DNA of 64,000 bases from an uncultured Gammaproteobacteria bacterium. GTDB lineage: Bacteria > Patescibacteriota > Patescibacteriia > UBA11705 > DATKZF01. The stretch is taken from assembly GCA_964411255.1 (NCBI GenBank), contig CAYPKD010000003.1, forward strand, positions 92,439 to 156,438, read 5' to 3'. Shown here one piece after another: positions 27,740-38,573 of the stretch. The notes under the pieces were generated by a model. That model saw only the letters and a list, made by a program, of their open reading frames with translations, searched no databases and had not been told where the DNA came from. Every line of letters begins with the position of its first letter. Positions within the stretch are counted from its first letter, which is position 1. The position numbers and the translations under genes are program-made.

Positions 27740-28948
27740 CTAGTGTATACAAATCGCTATTCTGTCTGTTGATCTATTGATTAGAATATTTTCGAAAATG
27801 AATCGTGATGGGTCATTAATGTAAATGATATTATTTTGGCCATTTTTGTTTAGTGTTGTCAAGCCACATTTTTCATATTTGATTTGATCTGAAAAAGATA
27901 GTGTATGATCAATATTTGATAATTGGATAAAATTTTGATCATAAAGCCTTAAATAATATTTTTCATTTTGGTGGGAAATTGAAAGGCTACCATTTTCATT
28001 TTCTTGCCAATTATATACTGTCCTGTCAGCAATTATTTGAGTTGAGATTGAACCATCTACCAGCCGTTTTGTCTGCTTTTTGGGGTATTTGTAAGCTAAA
28101 TGATCAATTATGCTATTTTTTATTGTATTTTCTGCTGTTTTTGGCGCTAAAACCAGCCAATTATCTTCATCATTTATCAATAAATCAATACAGGTATTAG
28201 TATTTGCTAGAAAGGGAATTTTTGTGAGATTATTGTTGCTTGTTGATAAATTGTTAATATAATACTGATAATTTGAAAAATCAGGAATTTGTATATTATT
28301 TTTACAATTATTTGGGTTTTTTAGCTGTTTTGCGCTTAATTTCGTAAAATCATTTTCAATTTGTATTTTCCAAAAGGTCTCTTCATCAAGAATCAGCATA
28401 TTTTCATTAAAATATGGCAGATCAGAATAATCTTTAATATAAATGTTTGCCTTTGAAAAATCAAAGCGTTTTTTTGTTCTATATGTATGATTGTTTGATA
28501 ATGGCTGATTTTCATCAATTACTGTCTTTACTATACTCACATTTTCTGTTGATTCAATTGCATAGCTATTATATTTCAATGATTTTGAGAAAATATTAAA
28601 ATCTGTTGGTTTGAAAATAAAAATCCATTGCTTTTCCGCCTGAATAATTGCGAATTCTGAAGAATTCATCAATTTTTCCTTAAAATTATCAGGAAAATTT
28701 TTATTTTCTGATGCAGATTCAATTATTTTGTCTAGGTTAGCACTTTCTTGTTGAAAAATTTTCTTTATTTTCCAATGGCTATATACATTTACATCTTCAT
28801 TAACAAAATCATCAATTGAATCAAAATGATAATTGAATAAAAAGAGGATAAAAAGAAAAATTCCTCCTAAAATCATAAGTAAAAATATAAGCAGAGGAAT
28901 TTTTCTTCTTTGGTGAGTTGCGTTATCTTTTATATTTAGCTCGATCAT
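27740..28948 (-). CDS. Membrane-anchored hypothetical protein
   Basis: 402-aa ORF, N-terminal TM, overlaps pnp stop. Confidence 0.7.
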   Translation of the reverse strand: MIELNIKDNATHQRRKIPLLIFLLMILGGIFLFILFLFNYHFDSIDDFVNEDVNVYSHWKIKKIFQQESANLDKIIESASENKNFPDNFKEKLMNSSEFAIIQAEKQWIFIFKPTDFNIFSKSLKYNSYAIESTENVSIVKTVIDENQPLSNNHTYRTKKRFDFSKANIYIKDYSDLPYFNENMLILDEETFWKIQIENDFTKLSAKQLKNPNNCKNNIQIPDFSNYQYYINNLSTSNNNLTKIPFLANTNTCIDLLINDEDNWLVLAPKTAENTIKNSIIDHLAYKYPKKQTKRLVDGSISTQIIADRTVYNWQENENGSLSISHQNEKYYLRLYDQNFIQLSNIDHTLSFSDQIKYEKCGLTTLNKNGQNNIIYINDPSRFIFENILINRSTDRIAICIH

Positions 28949-31130
28949 CCTTTTTGGAATCTTTATTAATTGCTTTAATAGATAAATTCACTCTTCCCTG
29001 GTCATCAATACTGATTACTTTCACCTTTACTGGCTTACCAACGCTAAGCACGTCAGATACTTTATTTACCCGGTATGGAGCAATTTCAGATATGTGAACT
29101 AGGCCTTCTTGGTTAGGTAGAATTTCAACCATTGCTCCAAAATCAAATAGTCTAGATACTTTACCTTCAAAGATTTCACCAACTTTTGCTTCTCTGGTTA
29201 AACTTTCAACCCATTCTGTCGCTTCTTTTGCCCCAGCCTGATCGGTTGAGGTTATTAGTACTAATCCATCAGGCTCGATATCAATACTGACACCGGTTTT
29301 ATCAATAATTTCATTAATCATTTTTCCTCCAGGACCGATAACATCCCTTATTTTATCTGGATTAATATTCATTGAAATAATTCTTGGCGCATGTGGTGAA
29401 AGTTCTGACCGCGGTTCTTTTATAATATTAGTTATTGAATCAAGAATTTCCAGGCGGGCGGTTTTTGCTTGATTTAAAGTATCTTTTACAATATCCAAAC
29501 TTAACCCACTGGTTTTTGTGTCCATTTGAATACAGGTGATCCCCTCTTTCGTGCCTGTAATTTTGAAATCCATTCCACCATCACTGTCTTCTAAGTCCTG
29601 CAGATCTGTTAAAATTTTGTAATTGCCTGAATTATCTGATGCAAGGCCCATGGCAATTCCAGCTACTGGTTTTGAAATAGGAATACCCGCGTCCATCATT
29701 GCTAAAGTTGAACCGCAGGTAGCTGCCATTGAGCTTGATCCGTTTGATCCTAAAACTTCAGATACCACTCTTATTGTATATGGAAATTTTTCTTTATCTG
29801 GTAAAAGAGACTTGATTGCTTTTTCAGCAATTGAGCCATGCCCAATATCTCTTCGGCCAGGGCCTCTTAATGGACCGGTTTCACCCACTGAATATGGAGG
29901 AAAATTGTAATGATGCATGAATCTTTTTTTGCCACTCTCTTCCATTCCCTCAAGTGTTTGCTCATCACCAGGAGAACCAAGGGTGACAACGGACAATACC
30001 TGCGTTTCTCCGCGTTGAAATAGCCCGCTGCCGTGCGTTCTAGGCAATAAACCAACTTCTACATCAAGTTTCCTGATTTCATCGATTTTTCGGCCATCAA
30101 CTCTAATACCAGTCTCTATGATCGTTTTGGTTATTTCATCTTCAATAAACTTTATAAAGAATTGTTTAATTAATTTATTTCTTTTTTCTTTGCCAATTTG
30201 TTTTTCAACTAAAAATTCTTCCAGTACATCTTGCAGTTTGCTAATCATTTCTTTCCTTGCCTTTTTGCTGTCTTTTGGTACGTTAAAAACATATTCATCC
30301 AGTTTTGGACGAAGAAATTCTTTACTTTCCTCAATTAATTTCTCAAACTCTTCCTGAGTGATTTTTTCTTCTTTTGTTAATTCATCCTCTTCGCTCATTA
30401 TTCGCGTTGATTGTTTTTCTTTACCTACTTTTTCTCTGATTTGATCAAGGAATTCCAGCTGCTTTTTCGTTTGCTTAATTGCAAATTCAAATGCTTTATA
30501 TACAGTTTCTTCATCTGCTTCTTTTGCTTCAGCGTCAATCATAATCACTTTATCTTTAGTAGTTCCTACAACCAGGTCAAGTATTGATTTTTCCCGAGCT
30601 TCATGTGATCCGTTAATTACCCACTCGCCATTGATTTGGCCGATTCTTATTCCGGCAACTGGACCAGCCCAAGGAATATCTGAAATATGAAGAGCGCATG
30701 AAGCTGCTATTAATGCGATTACATCAGGATCATTCTCTCCGTCAGCTGACAGAACTGTTAAAATGACCTGTACATCATTTCTTGTTGAATGATCAAAAAG
30801 CGGCCGCAAGGCGCGATCAATCATTCGAGAATTCAAAATTGCTTCATCAGAGGGGCGGCCTTCTCTTTTTATAAATCTAGAGCCTTTAATTTTTCCTGCC
30901 GCATACAATTTTTCTTCATAGTCTACCATAAGTGGGAAAAAATCTATGCCTTCACGGGGTTCTTTTCCCATAGTGGCTGTAGCTAAAATAACAATCCCTC
31001 CATAATGCACTACACAGCTGGCATTTGCTTGATGTGCTAATTTTCCAGTCTCTACAATCAATTGTTCTCCATTTAGCTGCATTTCAAATCTTTGAACTTT
31101 GTCTTTTTGTTCTTTTTTCTTAAAAAACAT
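28923..31130 (-). CDS. pnp: Polyribonucleotide nucleotidyltransferase
   Basis: RFIKREGRP, SNGSSSMA, GMDFK, KH (VIGPGG) and S1 domains. Confidence 0.99.
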   Translation of the reverse strand: MFFKKKEQKDKVQRFEMQLNGEQLIVETGKLAHQANASCVVHYGGIVILATATMGKEPREGIDFFPLMVDYEEKLYAAGKIKGSRFIKREGRPSDEAILNSRMIDRALRPLFDHSTRNDVQVILTVLSADGENDPDVIALIAASCALHISDIPWAGPVAGIRIGQINGEWVINGSHEAREKSILDLVVGTTKDKVIMIDAEAKEADEETVYKAFEFAIKQTKKQLEFLDQIREKVGKEKQSTRIMSEEDELTKEEKITQEEFEKLIEESKEFLRPKLDEYVFNVPKDSKKARKEMISKLQDVLEEFLVEKQIGKEKRNKLIKQFFIKFIEDEITKTIIETGIRVDGRKIDEIRKLDVEVGLLPRTHGSGLFQRGETQVLSVVTLGSPGDEQTLEGMEESGKKRFMHHYNFPPYSVGETGPLRGPGRRDIGHGSIAEKAIKSLLPDKEKFPYTIRVVSEVLGSNGSSSMAATCGSTLAMMDAGIPISKPVAGIAMGLASDNSGNYKILTDLQDLEDSDGGMDFKITGTKEGITCIQMDTKTSGLSLDIVKDTLNQAKTARLEILDSITNIIKEPRSELSPHAPRIISMNINPDKIRDVIGPGGKMINEIIDKTGVSIDIEPDGLVLITSTDQAGAKEATEWVESLTREAKVGEIFEGKVSRLFDFGAMVEILPNQEGLVHISEIAPYRVNKVSDVLSVGKPVKVKVISIDDQGRVNLSIKAINKDSKKDDRAKYKR

Positions 31131-31230
31131 ACATGTTTTTTTGACCGTCAGACTTTAGATTTCAAGAATGTTATAATTCTTCATAAAATCTACTTGTCTG
31201 ACGGACAAAGTTTATTTATAAATTTAATAA

Positions 31231-31734
31231 TTATTTTTTTAATAAATATTTTGCTTTGCTTTTACTCAAATCAATAAAATCATCAGCAATTTCTAATAAT
31301 TTTCCAGAAGCAGTTTCACCAAAAGCCATTACTTCAACTAAACAGCCTTTATTTTCTTGCAGATAAGTAACTAAAGGCTGAAAGTCACCATCACCTGTTA
31401 CTAAAACGATAACATCAAGCTTATCAGCTGATTTAACAGTATCCATTGCTATGCCTACATCCCAGTCTCCTTTTTTCATACCTCCTGGAAAAATTTGCAG
31501 ATCTTTCATTTTAACCTCAAATCCCTGTTTGGTCAAAGCATCAAAAAAGGATTGCTCTTCTTTTGTCTGAGCTTTAATTACATAAGCAATTGATCTGATT
31601 AATTTTCGTTCTGCTATGGCATTTTTTAATATTTCCTGGAAATTCACTTTTTTGCCATATAAATTCTTTGCTGAATAATACATGTTTTGTACATCAACAA
31701 AGACACCGATTCTTTGGTTTTTGTGTTTTATCAT
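31231..31734 (-). CDS. NYN/LabA-like (PIN-fold) protein
   Basis: VFVDVQNMY, KGDWDVGIAMD, VTGDGDF. Confidence 0.9.
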   Translation of the reverse strand: MIKHKNQRIGVFVDVQNMYYSAKNLYGKKVNFQEILKNAIAERKLIRSIAYVIKAQTKEEQSFFDALTKQGFEVKMKDLQIFPGGMKKGDWDVGIAMDTVKSADKLDVIVLVTGDGDFQPLVTYLQENKGCLVEVMAFGETASGKLLEIADDFIDLSKSKAKYLLKK

Positions 31735-31770
31735 ATATTTAAAAAAGGCAGCCAAAAGGATGCCTGATAG

Positions 31771-32124
31771 TTAAGAATCTTTTTTCTTTTCTTCTGCTTT
31801 TCTTTCAGTTTCCATTTCTTTTAATAATTCTTCAGGTTCTTCAGTTTTAATTTTTCTTGAAATTTTTATGTTTAATTCATTCACTACTTTTTCAAAACCT
31901 TTTGGATTATCACTTTCTAAGTAGCGTAATAATCGTCTTCTTTCTCCAAGTTTTTTTAATAAACCTCTTCTTGACGAATGATCGTGTTTATGTGTTCGTA
32001 AATGTTTGGTTAGTTCTTTGATTTCTTCAGTTAAAATAGCAATTTGTACCTCTGCTGAACCTGTATCCTTTTCATGAGTTTTAAATTTGTTAATGATTCT
32101 TTGCTTTTTTTGTTGTGATAACAT
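31771..32124 (-). CDS. rpsO: 30S ribosomal protein S15 with charged C-terminal tail
   Basis: DTGSAEVQIA, H.HDHSSRRGL. Confidence 0.98.
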   Translation of the reverse strand: MLSQQKKQRIINKFKTHEKDTGSAEVQIAILTEEIKELTKHLRTHKHDHSSRRGLLKKLGERRRLLRYLESDNPKGFEKVVNELNIKISRKIKTEEPEELLKEMETERKAEEKKKDS

Positions 32125-32130
32125 ACTTTT

Positions 32131-32189
32131 TGCAAATACCAGAGTGTAGACGCTTCCTTTTTAAGACTGTCTAAAACCCAAGTACCGCA
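32131..32189 (-). promoter_or_regulatory. Structured rpsO leader
   Basis: TGCGGTAC..GGGT..TAGAC pairs with GTCTA..ACTC..GTATT.GCA. Confidence 0.55.
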
Positions 32190-32419
32190 CTAATAATTAA
32201 ATCTCTTAACAAAAAGTCTAGCACGATATGAAAAATAAGTCAAAGATTTGTGTTATCTTACCTTAATTGTACAGGGCCAGGTAAAATACTCTTTTCAAAA
32301 TTTATTTTGTGTCGTAAAATATAGATAGTTAAGAGTTGAAGAAGTTAGAAAAGTTAAAATAGTTAAGGATTAAAGTTTACAGCATATTACTGCTCTTACA
32401 TTATTTCCCTTATAACTTT

Positions 32420-33379
32420 ATGCCAACAAAAACAGAAATAGAAAAATTAATTCAGGATTTTTTAGAAGATCTTGAAATAGCTTATAATCGCTCTCTTCGG
32501 ACAGTGACTAATTATAATTTTTATTTATCTCGTTTTGCTGATTGGTTAAAGGAAAATAAAATTACAAAACCGCAAAATATAACCCAAAATCATATCAGGC
32601 AGTATCGGTTATGGCTTAATCGATTAAAAAGCAATAAAAAAGAAGGATTAAAGACTAATACGCAGAATTATCATTTGATTGCTGTTCGTGCCTGGCTAAA
32701 ATATTTGGCAAAAAGAGATATGAATACTTTAGCGCCGGAAAAAATTGATCTGGCAAAAGTGCCGATTCGCACTGTGGATTTTTTAGATGGCTCAGATTTA
32801 GAAAGATTGCTTGAAGCCCCTCTAAAAACAAATAATATTGGCATTATTAAAAAACGAGATAAAGCAATATTAGAAACTCTTTTTTGCACCGGTCTACGTG
32901 TTTCTGAACTGGCAAATTTAAAAGTCGATTCAATAAATTTAAAAAAGGATGAATTTACTGTCAGAGGCAAAGGTGATAAGCCAAGAATTGTGTTTTTATC
33001 AAATCAGTCAAAGTTTTGGATTGCAGAATATCTTAATATGCGAAAAGATTCAAACCCTTTTCTTTTTATTTCACATGACCGGGCATCAAAAGGAAGAAAA
33101 ACAATTGAGCAAACCGGCCTCACCCCTAGAAGCATTCAAAGATTGGTAGAAAAATATGCAAAGGCCGCAGGGATTACAAAAAAAGTAACACCTCATACGA
33201 TGAGACACAGTTATGCCACTGATCTTTTAATGAATGGAGCAGATATTAGAAGCGTACAATCAATGCTTGGTCATGCCTCAATTACTACCACGCAAATTTA
33301 TACCCATATTACAAATCAGCAGCTTCGGGATATACATAAGGCTTTTCATGGACGAAATAGAAGAAAAAAGAAATCCTAA
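32420..33379 (+). CDS. Xer-type tyrosine recombinase
   Basis: TGLRVSEL, GKGDK.R, HTMRHSYAT, LGH.SI.TTQIY. Confidence 0.93.
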   Translation: MPTKTEIEKLIQDFLEDLEIAYNRSLRTVTNYNFYLSRFADWLKENKITKPQNITQNHIRQYRLWLNRLKSNKKEGLKTNTQNYHLIAVRAWLKYLAKRDMNTLAPEKIDLAKVPIRTVDFLDGSDLERLLEAPLKTNNIGIIKKRDKAILETLFCTGLRVSELANLKVDSINLKKDEFTVRGKGDKPRIVFLSNQSKFWIAEYLNMRKDSNPFLFISHDRASKGRKTIEQTGLTPRSIQRLVEKYAKAAGITKKVTPHTMRHSYATDLLMNGADIRSVQSMLGHASITTTQIYTHITNQQLRDIHKAFHGRNRRKKKS

Positions 33380-33382
33380 TTT

Positions 33383-34510
33383 ATGAAAATACTATATTTA
33401 GTCACGCAATCTAGCTGGGGTGGGGCGCAAAAATATGTTTTTGAATTAGCTCAGGCATTACAAAATGAACATGAAGTTTGCGTTGCCTGTGGAGGAACTG
33501 GAGAGTTATATCAAAAATTACGGGATTATAATATTAGAGTAATTCCACTTTCATATCTCAAGAGAGATATTTCTTTTTTTTATGAAATTAAAGGATATTT
33601 TGAACTTAAGAATTTATTGAAAAATGAAAATCCAGATATATTTCATGTTAATAGCAGCAAGGCTGGTGTATTGGGAAGTTTCGCTGCTAGAAAAATGTCT
33701 GTTAAGGTTATATACACAGTTCACGGAGCGGTTTTTACAGCAGCTTTTAGTAAAGCAAAAAAAATATTTTTTAAATGGATAGAAAAAATGACAGTCAAAT
33801 ATAAAGACATAGTTATTGCAGTTTCTGAAAAAGATCGACAGTTATGGCTGAAAAATAAAATTTGTAGTTCAGGAAAAATCATAACGGTCAGAAATGGCAT
33901 TAATCCTTCAGCTGAATCGATGTTTTTTTCCAAGGATGAAGCTAGGCAGAAACTCAACCTGGGCTTAAATGAAAAAAAAATAATTGGAATAGTGGCAAAT
34001 TTTTATCCAGAGAAAAATTATTTTTTTTTAATTAAAGCATATGCGGAATTATTAAAAGATAAACCTGGTACAAGACTTGTAATTATTGGCGATGGTACAG
34101 AAAGAAATAAAATTGAAAATGAAATTGCAGCATTACAGCTAAGAGAAAAATTTTTTTTACTTGGTTTTGTAAAAGATGCTTCTAGATACATTAAGGCGTT
34201 TGATATATTTGTTTTACCGTCAATAAAAGAAGGATTGCCATGCACGTTGCTTGAAGCGCAGCTGGCTAAAGTTCCGATTGTGGCCAGTAAAGTAGGAGGT
34301 ATACCTGAAATTATATCTGATGAAAAATCAGGCTTGTTATTTGATTCAAATGATCAGAATCAGTTTTTAGAAAAAATAAAAAGATTACTTGAAGACGATG
34401 CATTAAGTAATCTTTTAATAGAAAACGGGTATAAATCAGTTAAGGAAAAATTTAATTTCAATAAACAAATTTTAAAAACAACAAAAATTTATTCGGATTT
34501 AACGTCTTGA
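33383..34510 (+). CDS. Glycosyltransferase family 4
   Basis: GGAQKY, HVNSSKAG, EGLP..LLEA. Confidence 0.92.
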   Translation: MKILYLVTQSSWGGAQKYVFELAQALQNEHEVCVACGGTGELYQKLRDYNIRVIPLSYLKRDISFFYEIKGYFELKNLLKNENPDIFHVNSSKAGVLGSFAARKMSVKVIYTVHGAVFTAAFSKAKKIFFKWIEKMTVKYKDIVIAVSEKDRQLWLKNKICSSGKIITVRNGINPSAESMFFSKDEARQKLNLGLNEKKIIGIVANFYPEKNYFFLIKAYAELLKDKPGTRLVIIGDGTERNKIENEIAALQLREKFFLLGFVKDASRYIKAFDIFVLPSIKEGLPCTLLEAQLAKVPIVASKVGGIPEIISDEKSGLLFDSNDQNQFLEKIKRLLEDDALSNLLIENGYKSVKEKFNFNKQILKTTKIYSDLTS

Positions 34511-36525
34511 GAGGAAAGTACTGCATCATCAGTGCTTGAAATTTGTTTTTTTGGAGCTTTTTGTGTTTTTATAAATCTTGGTAAAAGATCTTTGTCTTTT
34601 GCGATTTGCAGATATTCATCTGCTTTTTGTTTTTCTCCAATTCTTAAATAATATTCTGAAAGTTTATAATAAGGCAACGCAACCTCAGAATCGATTTTTA
34701 TTGCTTTTAAGAAAATACCAATTGTTTTTTCTATTTCCCGGCGAACGTGCATATTTTCTGCCCAGGTCCAGTAGACATCATGCCTGGTTGGAGTCAGATT
34801 TACAGCTTTTATAAAATATTTATCTGAGGTTTCAAAATCCCCGTAAACATTATAAATACTGGCAAGATTCATTTGGCTGATGTAATTATCTGGGAATAGT
34901 TCTGTATCTATTAAAAAAAGATTTTTTGCTTTTTTAAAATACTCTTCTGCTTTTTGATCCTCTTTTTGGCCTGCAGAAAATGCCTGGGAAAGATAATGAG
35001 AACTGAGTCTGGCCCGCAGATGAGGTGATGGCCATTTTTTATAAGCAGTGTTTAGAAAGTATTCAGCATTTTGAGGTTGTTTCATTGATTGAGTAAATGA
35101 ATAATTAGCTGAGATTCTAGGAAGAGTTCCCCAAATCAATATTAATAAGAAAATAATAGCTGCAGGTGAAGCGCAAATATATTGAATAATAGATGACATT
35201 TTTTTTGGCTCTTTTTTAGCCAAGTCTTCTTTAGAAATAAAATTCATTGAAACAACCTGACTAAAGACGAAAAATATTATGATATAAGAGGAAATAACCG
35301 GATACATGAAAAAATATTGCAGACCATAGCCGATCACAAAGAAAATTCCCAAAGCTCCAATCCAGTTTTTTTCCTTATCTTCTTTATCAAAAAATAATTT
35401 AAATGAAAGATAAAGTATATAAGCGAAAAAAGCCATAAAGGCAAAAAATGCAAAAATACCTTCTTCTACCAGCACATCTAAAAAGATATTATGTGCTCTA
35501 TCAATTCTCGTTTCTGGCAGGTCAGTCAGTTTTGGCGGATAATTTCTGTCAAAACCAATATTTAAATTTTCTTCACCCCAGCCAAACCATGGTTTGGCTG
35601 CAAATGCTCTCCAGGATCCCTGCCAAAAATATATTCTTTGCTTGTTTGACAAATCTTCTTTGTCAAAAATACTAAAGGCTCTTTGAATATATTTATTTTG
35701 TATTAAATCTGGCTTTGCATTGCCAATATAAATAAAACTGGTGATAAAGATTATGGATATGATTGAAAAGATAATAAGCCATTTTTTGTTTTTTGAATTT
35801 TTTAGAAAATATAAAAATAAAACAATAAGTACGCCAATAGTAAAGGCTGCCCAAGAACTTCTTGATTTTGTAAACATCAGATTTAATATTTGGCAGAAAA
35901 AGACAAAGGCGGCAAAGCCTTTGGCTGCATAACTTTTAAAATTAAAAAAACCGTAAATTGACAAAGGGATAGTAAATATCATCAATGCACCCAAATGAAT
36001 TGGATTTCCTAAAGTGCCAATCGGCCTGATATCAACATTTCCGCTCCATTTTTCACCAATATATCCATAGTGCTGTAAAAATCCAAATAAAGTGATGATA
36101 AAACTTGTAATTAATATGAGAACAAGATAAATATTTCTCTTTTTTTTATTAATAAAATTAAAAGCCAGGATTAAAAAGAAAATTATATAAAACGACCAGG
36201 TAAGAATGCCTTCAAGTTTTGAATATCCTCCCCAAAAACTTTTATGATGATTAACGCTAAAAATGAAAGATGTAATTTTAAAAATAAAAAAACCTCCCAA
36301 AATTATTAGCAGCGTTTTATACTTTTTCCAAAAGGAAATATTTTTTTTAATGTAAACCAAGATGGCAAAAATCAAAGCCAAAGAAACTAAAGAGATAAAT
36401 ATGGTGGTTTTTAGCAGTCTAAAACTGTTATAAAAATTTGCAGTAAAAATTAAAGGAACCATTACTAAAATACTGATTAAAATAATATCTAAAATAGTTT
36501 GATTTATTTTTTCAGGTTTTATCAT
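34489..36525 (-). CDS. O-antigen ligase-like membrane protein with TPRs
   Basis: GTLGNP, SRSSW, R...WQG, PWFGWG, DRAHN. Confidence 0.88.
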   Translation of the reverse strand: MIKPEKINQTILDIILISILVMVPLIFTANFYNSFRLLKTTIFISLVSLALIFAILVYIKKNISFWKKYKTLLIILGGFFIFKITSFIFSVNHHKSFWGGYSKLEGILTWSFYIIFFLILAFNFINKKKRNIYLVLILITSFIITLFGFLQHYGYIGEKWSGNVDIRPIGTLGNPIHLGALMIFTIPLSIYGFFNFKSYAAKGFAAFVFFCQILNLMFTKSRSSWAAFTIGVLIVLFLYFLKNSKNKKWLIIFSIISIIFITSFIYIGNAKPDLIQNKYIQRAFSIFDKEDLSNKQRIYFWQGSWRAFAAKPWFGWGEENLNIGFDRNYPPKLTDLPETRIDRAHNIFLDVLVEEGIFAFFAFMAFFAYILYLSFKLFFDKEDKEKNWIGALGIFFVIGYGLQYFFMYPVISSYIIIFFVFSQVVSMNFISKEDLAKKEPKKMSSIIQYICASPAAIIFLLILIWGTLPRISANYSFTQSMKQPQNAEYFLNTAYKKWPSPHLRARLSSHYLSQAFSAGQKEDQKAEEYFKKAKNLFLIDTELFPDNYISQMNLASIYNVYGDFETSDKYFIKAVNLTPTRHDVYWTWAENMHVRREIEKTIGIFLKAIKIDSEVALPYYKLSEYYLRIGEKQKADEYLQIAKDKDLLPRFIKTQKAPKKQISSTDDAVLSSQDVKSE

Positions 36526-36528
36526 AAA

Positions 36529-38571
36529 TTAATTTTCTTTCACCTCATCATTGGTCGCCTTTGTTTCCTCACTGGCTAAATTTTTTAAGTATTTTTTGTC
36601 ATTTAATGATAAATTTCTATATAATAATCCTTTATCCAAAGCCAAATCCCGGTATTTATCTGCATTTTCCACATCTTCAAGCGCTCTGTAATAAATTGAT
36701 AATTTGTAGTATGGCAAAGCAACCTCTGGATCGATTTCAATTGCTTTGTTAAATATTTCAATTGCTTTTTCTGTTTCATCACGTAGGCCTAAAAATCCAG
36801 CCCATTTCCAATATATATCATGCCTGGTTGGGAAATTATCAACTGCTTTTTGAAAAGTCTCATCAGTTAATTCATATTTTTCATACAAATCATATGATTC
36901 AGCTAAAAAGATATAATTAGAATAAATAGAAGGATATTGTTCAACTAATTCCTTAAAAATTATTGAAGCCTTTCCCCCGTGACTTACCTTCAGAGCGGTA
37001 TTATCTGATACTCGGGCTTCATTCGCATATTTTAAATGTAATGAAGCATGCTGTTGTTTGTAAAAATGAGAAGGAAAGGTGTTTTTTGATTTTTCCATGC
37101 GTTCCTGCACTTCTTCCTGTAAAAGAACTGCTTTTGTAAATTCTTTATTGGCCAGAACTGGTTTCATTAAAATAGCGGCTACAAATACTGCCATGCCAAT
37201 ACCAATAACTAAATATAAATTTGAATTTTTTTTCAATTTTTCTAAAAGGTTTGATCGAATTATGCTTGTAGTATTTTCATTTTCAGTGTAGCTTTGAGAA
37301 TAAATAACAGCCAGAGCAAAAATTATTATCAAATGCGGAGAGATCAGAGCAAACATAAAGAAAAACTGTAATAGACAGGCTGCCATTAAATAAATAAAAA
37401 TTAATCCTACAGACGCCTTTTCTTTATCTTTTCTTTTTAATAGTTTTATTGATTTCCAGGTTGCAAAAAGCAATATTGCCATGGTCAATACCCAGACAAG
37501 CCCGCCTTCCATTACCAAAACATCCAAATGCCAATTATGAGCACGGTCAATATTGGTTTCAGGCAGATCTGATAATTTGGGTGGAAAATTCTTATCAAAA
37601 GCATAGCCTAAAAAGTCCTGTCCCCATCCAAAGACAGGCCTGTCTTTAAATGCATCAAAAGAGCCCTGCCAGAATAAAAGCCTTTGCTTATTTGAATTAT
37701 CCTCAGTGTTGAAAATACTAAAAAGTCTTTTTAGCGCAGGATTTGAAAATTCCTCATATTTATTAATTCCAATATATGTAAAGGATGAAGCTAAAATAAC
37801 ACCTAATATTAGTAATGCTAAAAATGCCTTTTTATTGCGCTTAAAAAAGTAAAAAGTAAATATTACAAAGTTTGCAAATAAAAATGCAATCCAAGAACTT
37901 CTAGAACCAGAAAAGTATAAAGCGACGACAGTTATAATATATCCAGCACCGGTTATGATTTTAATAAAAATATTTTTATAAAAAAATATGCAGTAATAAA
38001 AAAATGGAATGGTTAAAATTATAAAAGCACTAAAATTTAATGGATTACCCATGGTGGAGATAATACGACTGGCTACATTTCCTGACCAAATATTCTGAAT
38101 AAGGCCGAATTTTTGTAAATATCCATAAAGTGACATTAAGGTGGCAGACATTACAATAGCAAAAGCATAGTATCTGATTTTTTGCTTTGTCCAGTCATTA
38201 AGCAGCAATAAAACAAAAAACAAAATAAAAAATATCCAGAGCAAAAAGCCTTCTGTACGGGTATAATCCCCCCAGAAACTAATATCGCGGTTCTCACTAA
38301 AGAACCAAGATAAAAATTTTAATATTAATAGCACTGCTGTTACGCCTAAAATAAATTTGTATCGTTTTAGGTTAATGGATTTTTTTTCCAAAAAATACAT
38401 TATGGAAAAAAATAAAGCCAGCAAGGTAAAAATTATAAATAATGTAGTTTTTGGCAGACGGAAACTGTTATAAAGCCTAGTAGAAAAAGTTAAAGGGATT
38501 AAAAACAGAATAATTAAAAAAAAGGCATTTCTGGAAATGTTGGCTAAAATGATTTTGCTTTGGGTCTTCAT
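36529..38571 (-). CDS. O-antigen ligase-like membrane protein with TPRs (paralog)
   Basis: STMGNP, SRSSW, PVFGWG, DRAHN. Confidence 0.88.
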   Translation of the reverse strand: MKTQSKIILANISRNAFFLIILFLIPLTFSTRLYNSFRLPKTTLFIIFTLLALFFSIMYFLEKKSINLKRYKFILGVTAVLLILKFLSWFFSENRDISFWGDYTRTEGFLLWIFFILFFVLLLLNDWTKQKIRYYAFAIVMSATLMSLYGYLQKFGLIQNIWSGNVASRIISTMGNPLNFSAFIILTIPFFYYCIFFYKNIFIKIITGAGYIITVVALYFSGSRSSWIAFLFANFVIFTFYFFKRNKKAFLALLILGVILASSFTYIGINKYEEFSNPALKRLFSIFNTEDNSNKQRLLFWQGSFDAFKDRPVFGWGQDFLGYAFDKNFPPKLSDLPETNIDRAHNWHLDVLVMEGGLVWVLTMAILLFATWKSIKLLKRKDKEKASVGLIFIYLMAACLLQFFFMFALISPHLIIIFALAVIYSQSYTENENTTSIIRSNLLEKLKKNSNLYLVIGIGMAVFVAAILMKPVLANKEFTKAVLLQEEVQERMEKSKNTFPSHFYKQQHASLHLKYANEARVSDNTALKVSHGGKASIIFKELVEQYPSIYSNYIFLAESYDLYEKYELTDETFQKAVDNFPTRHDIYWKWAGFLGLRDETEKAIEIFNKAIEIDPEVALPYYKLSIYYRALEDVENADKYRDLALDKGLLYRNLSLNDKKYLKNLASEETKATNDEVKEN

Positions 38572-38573
38572 AT

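Noticed and set aside
32420-33379. Prophage or island integrase
   Set aside because: No phage genes or att pair nearby; SD-less start and core neighbours fit a housekeeping Xer.
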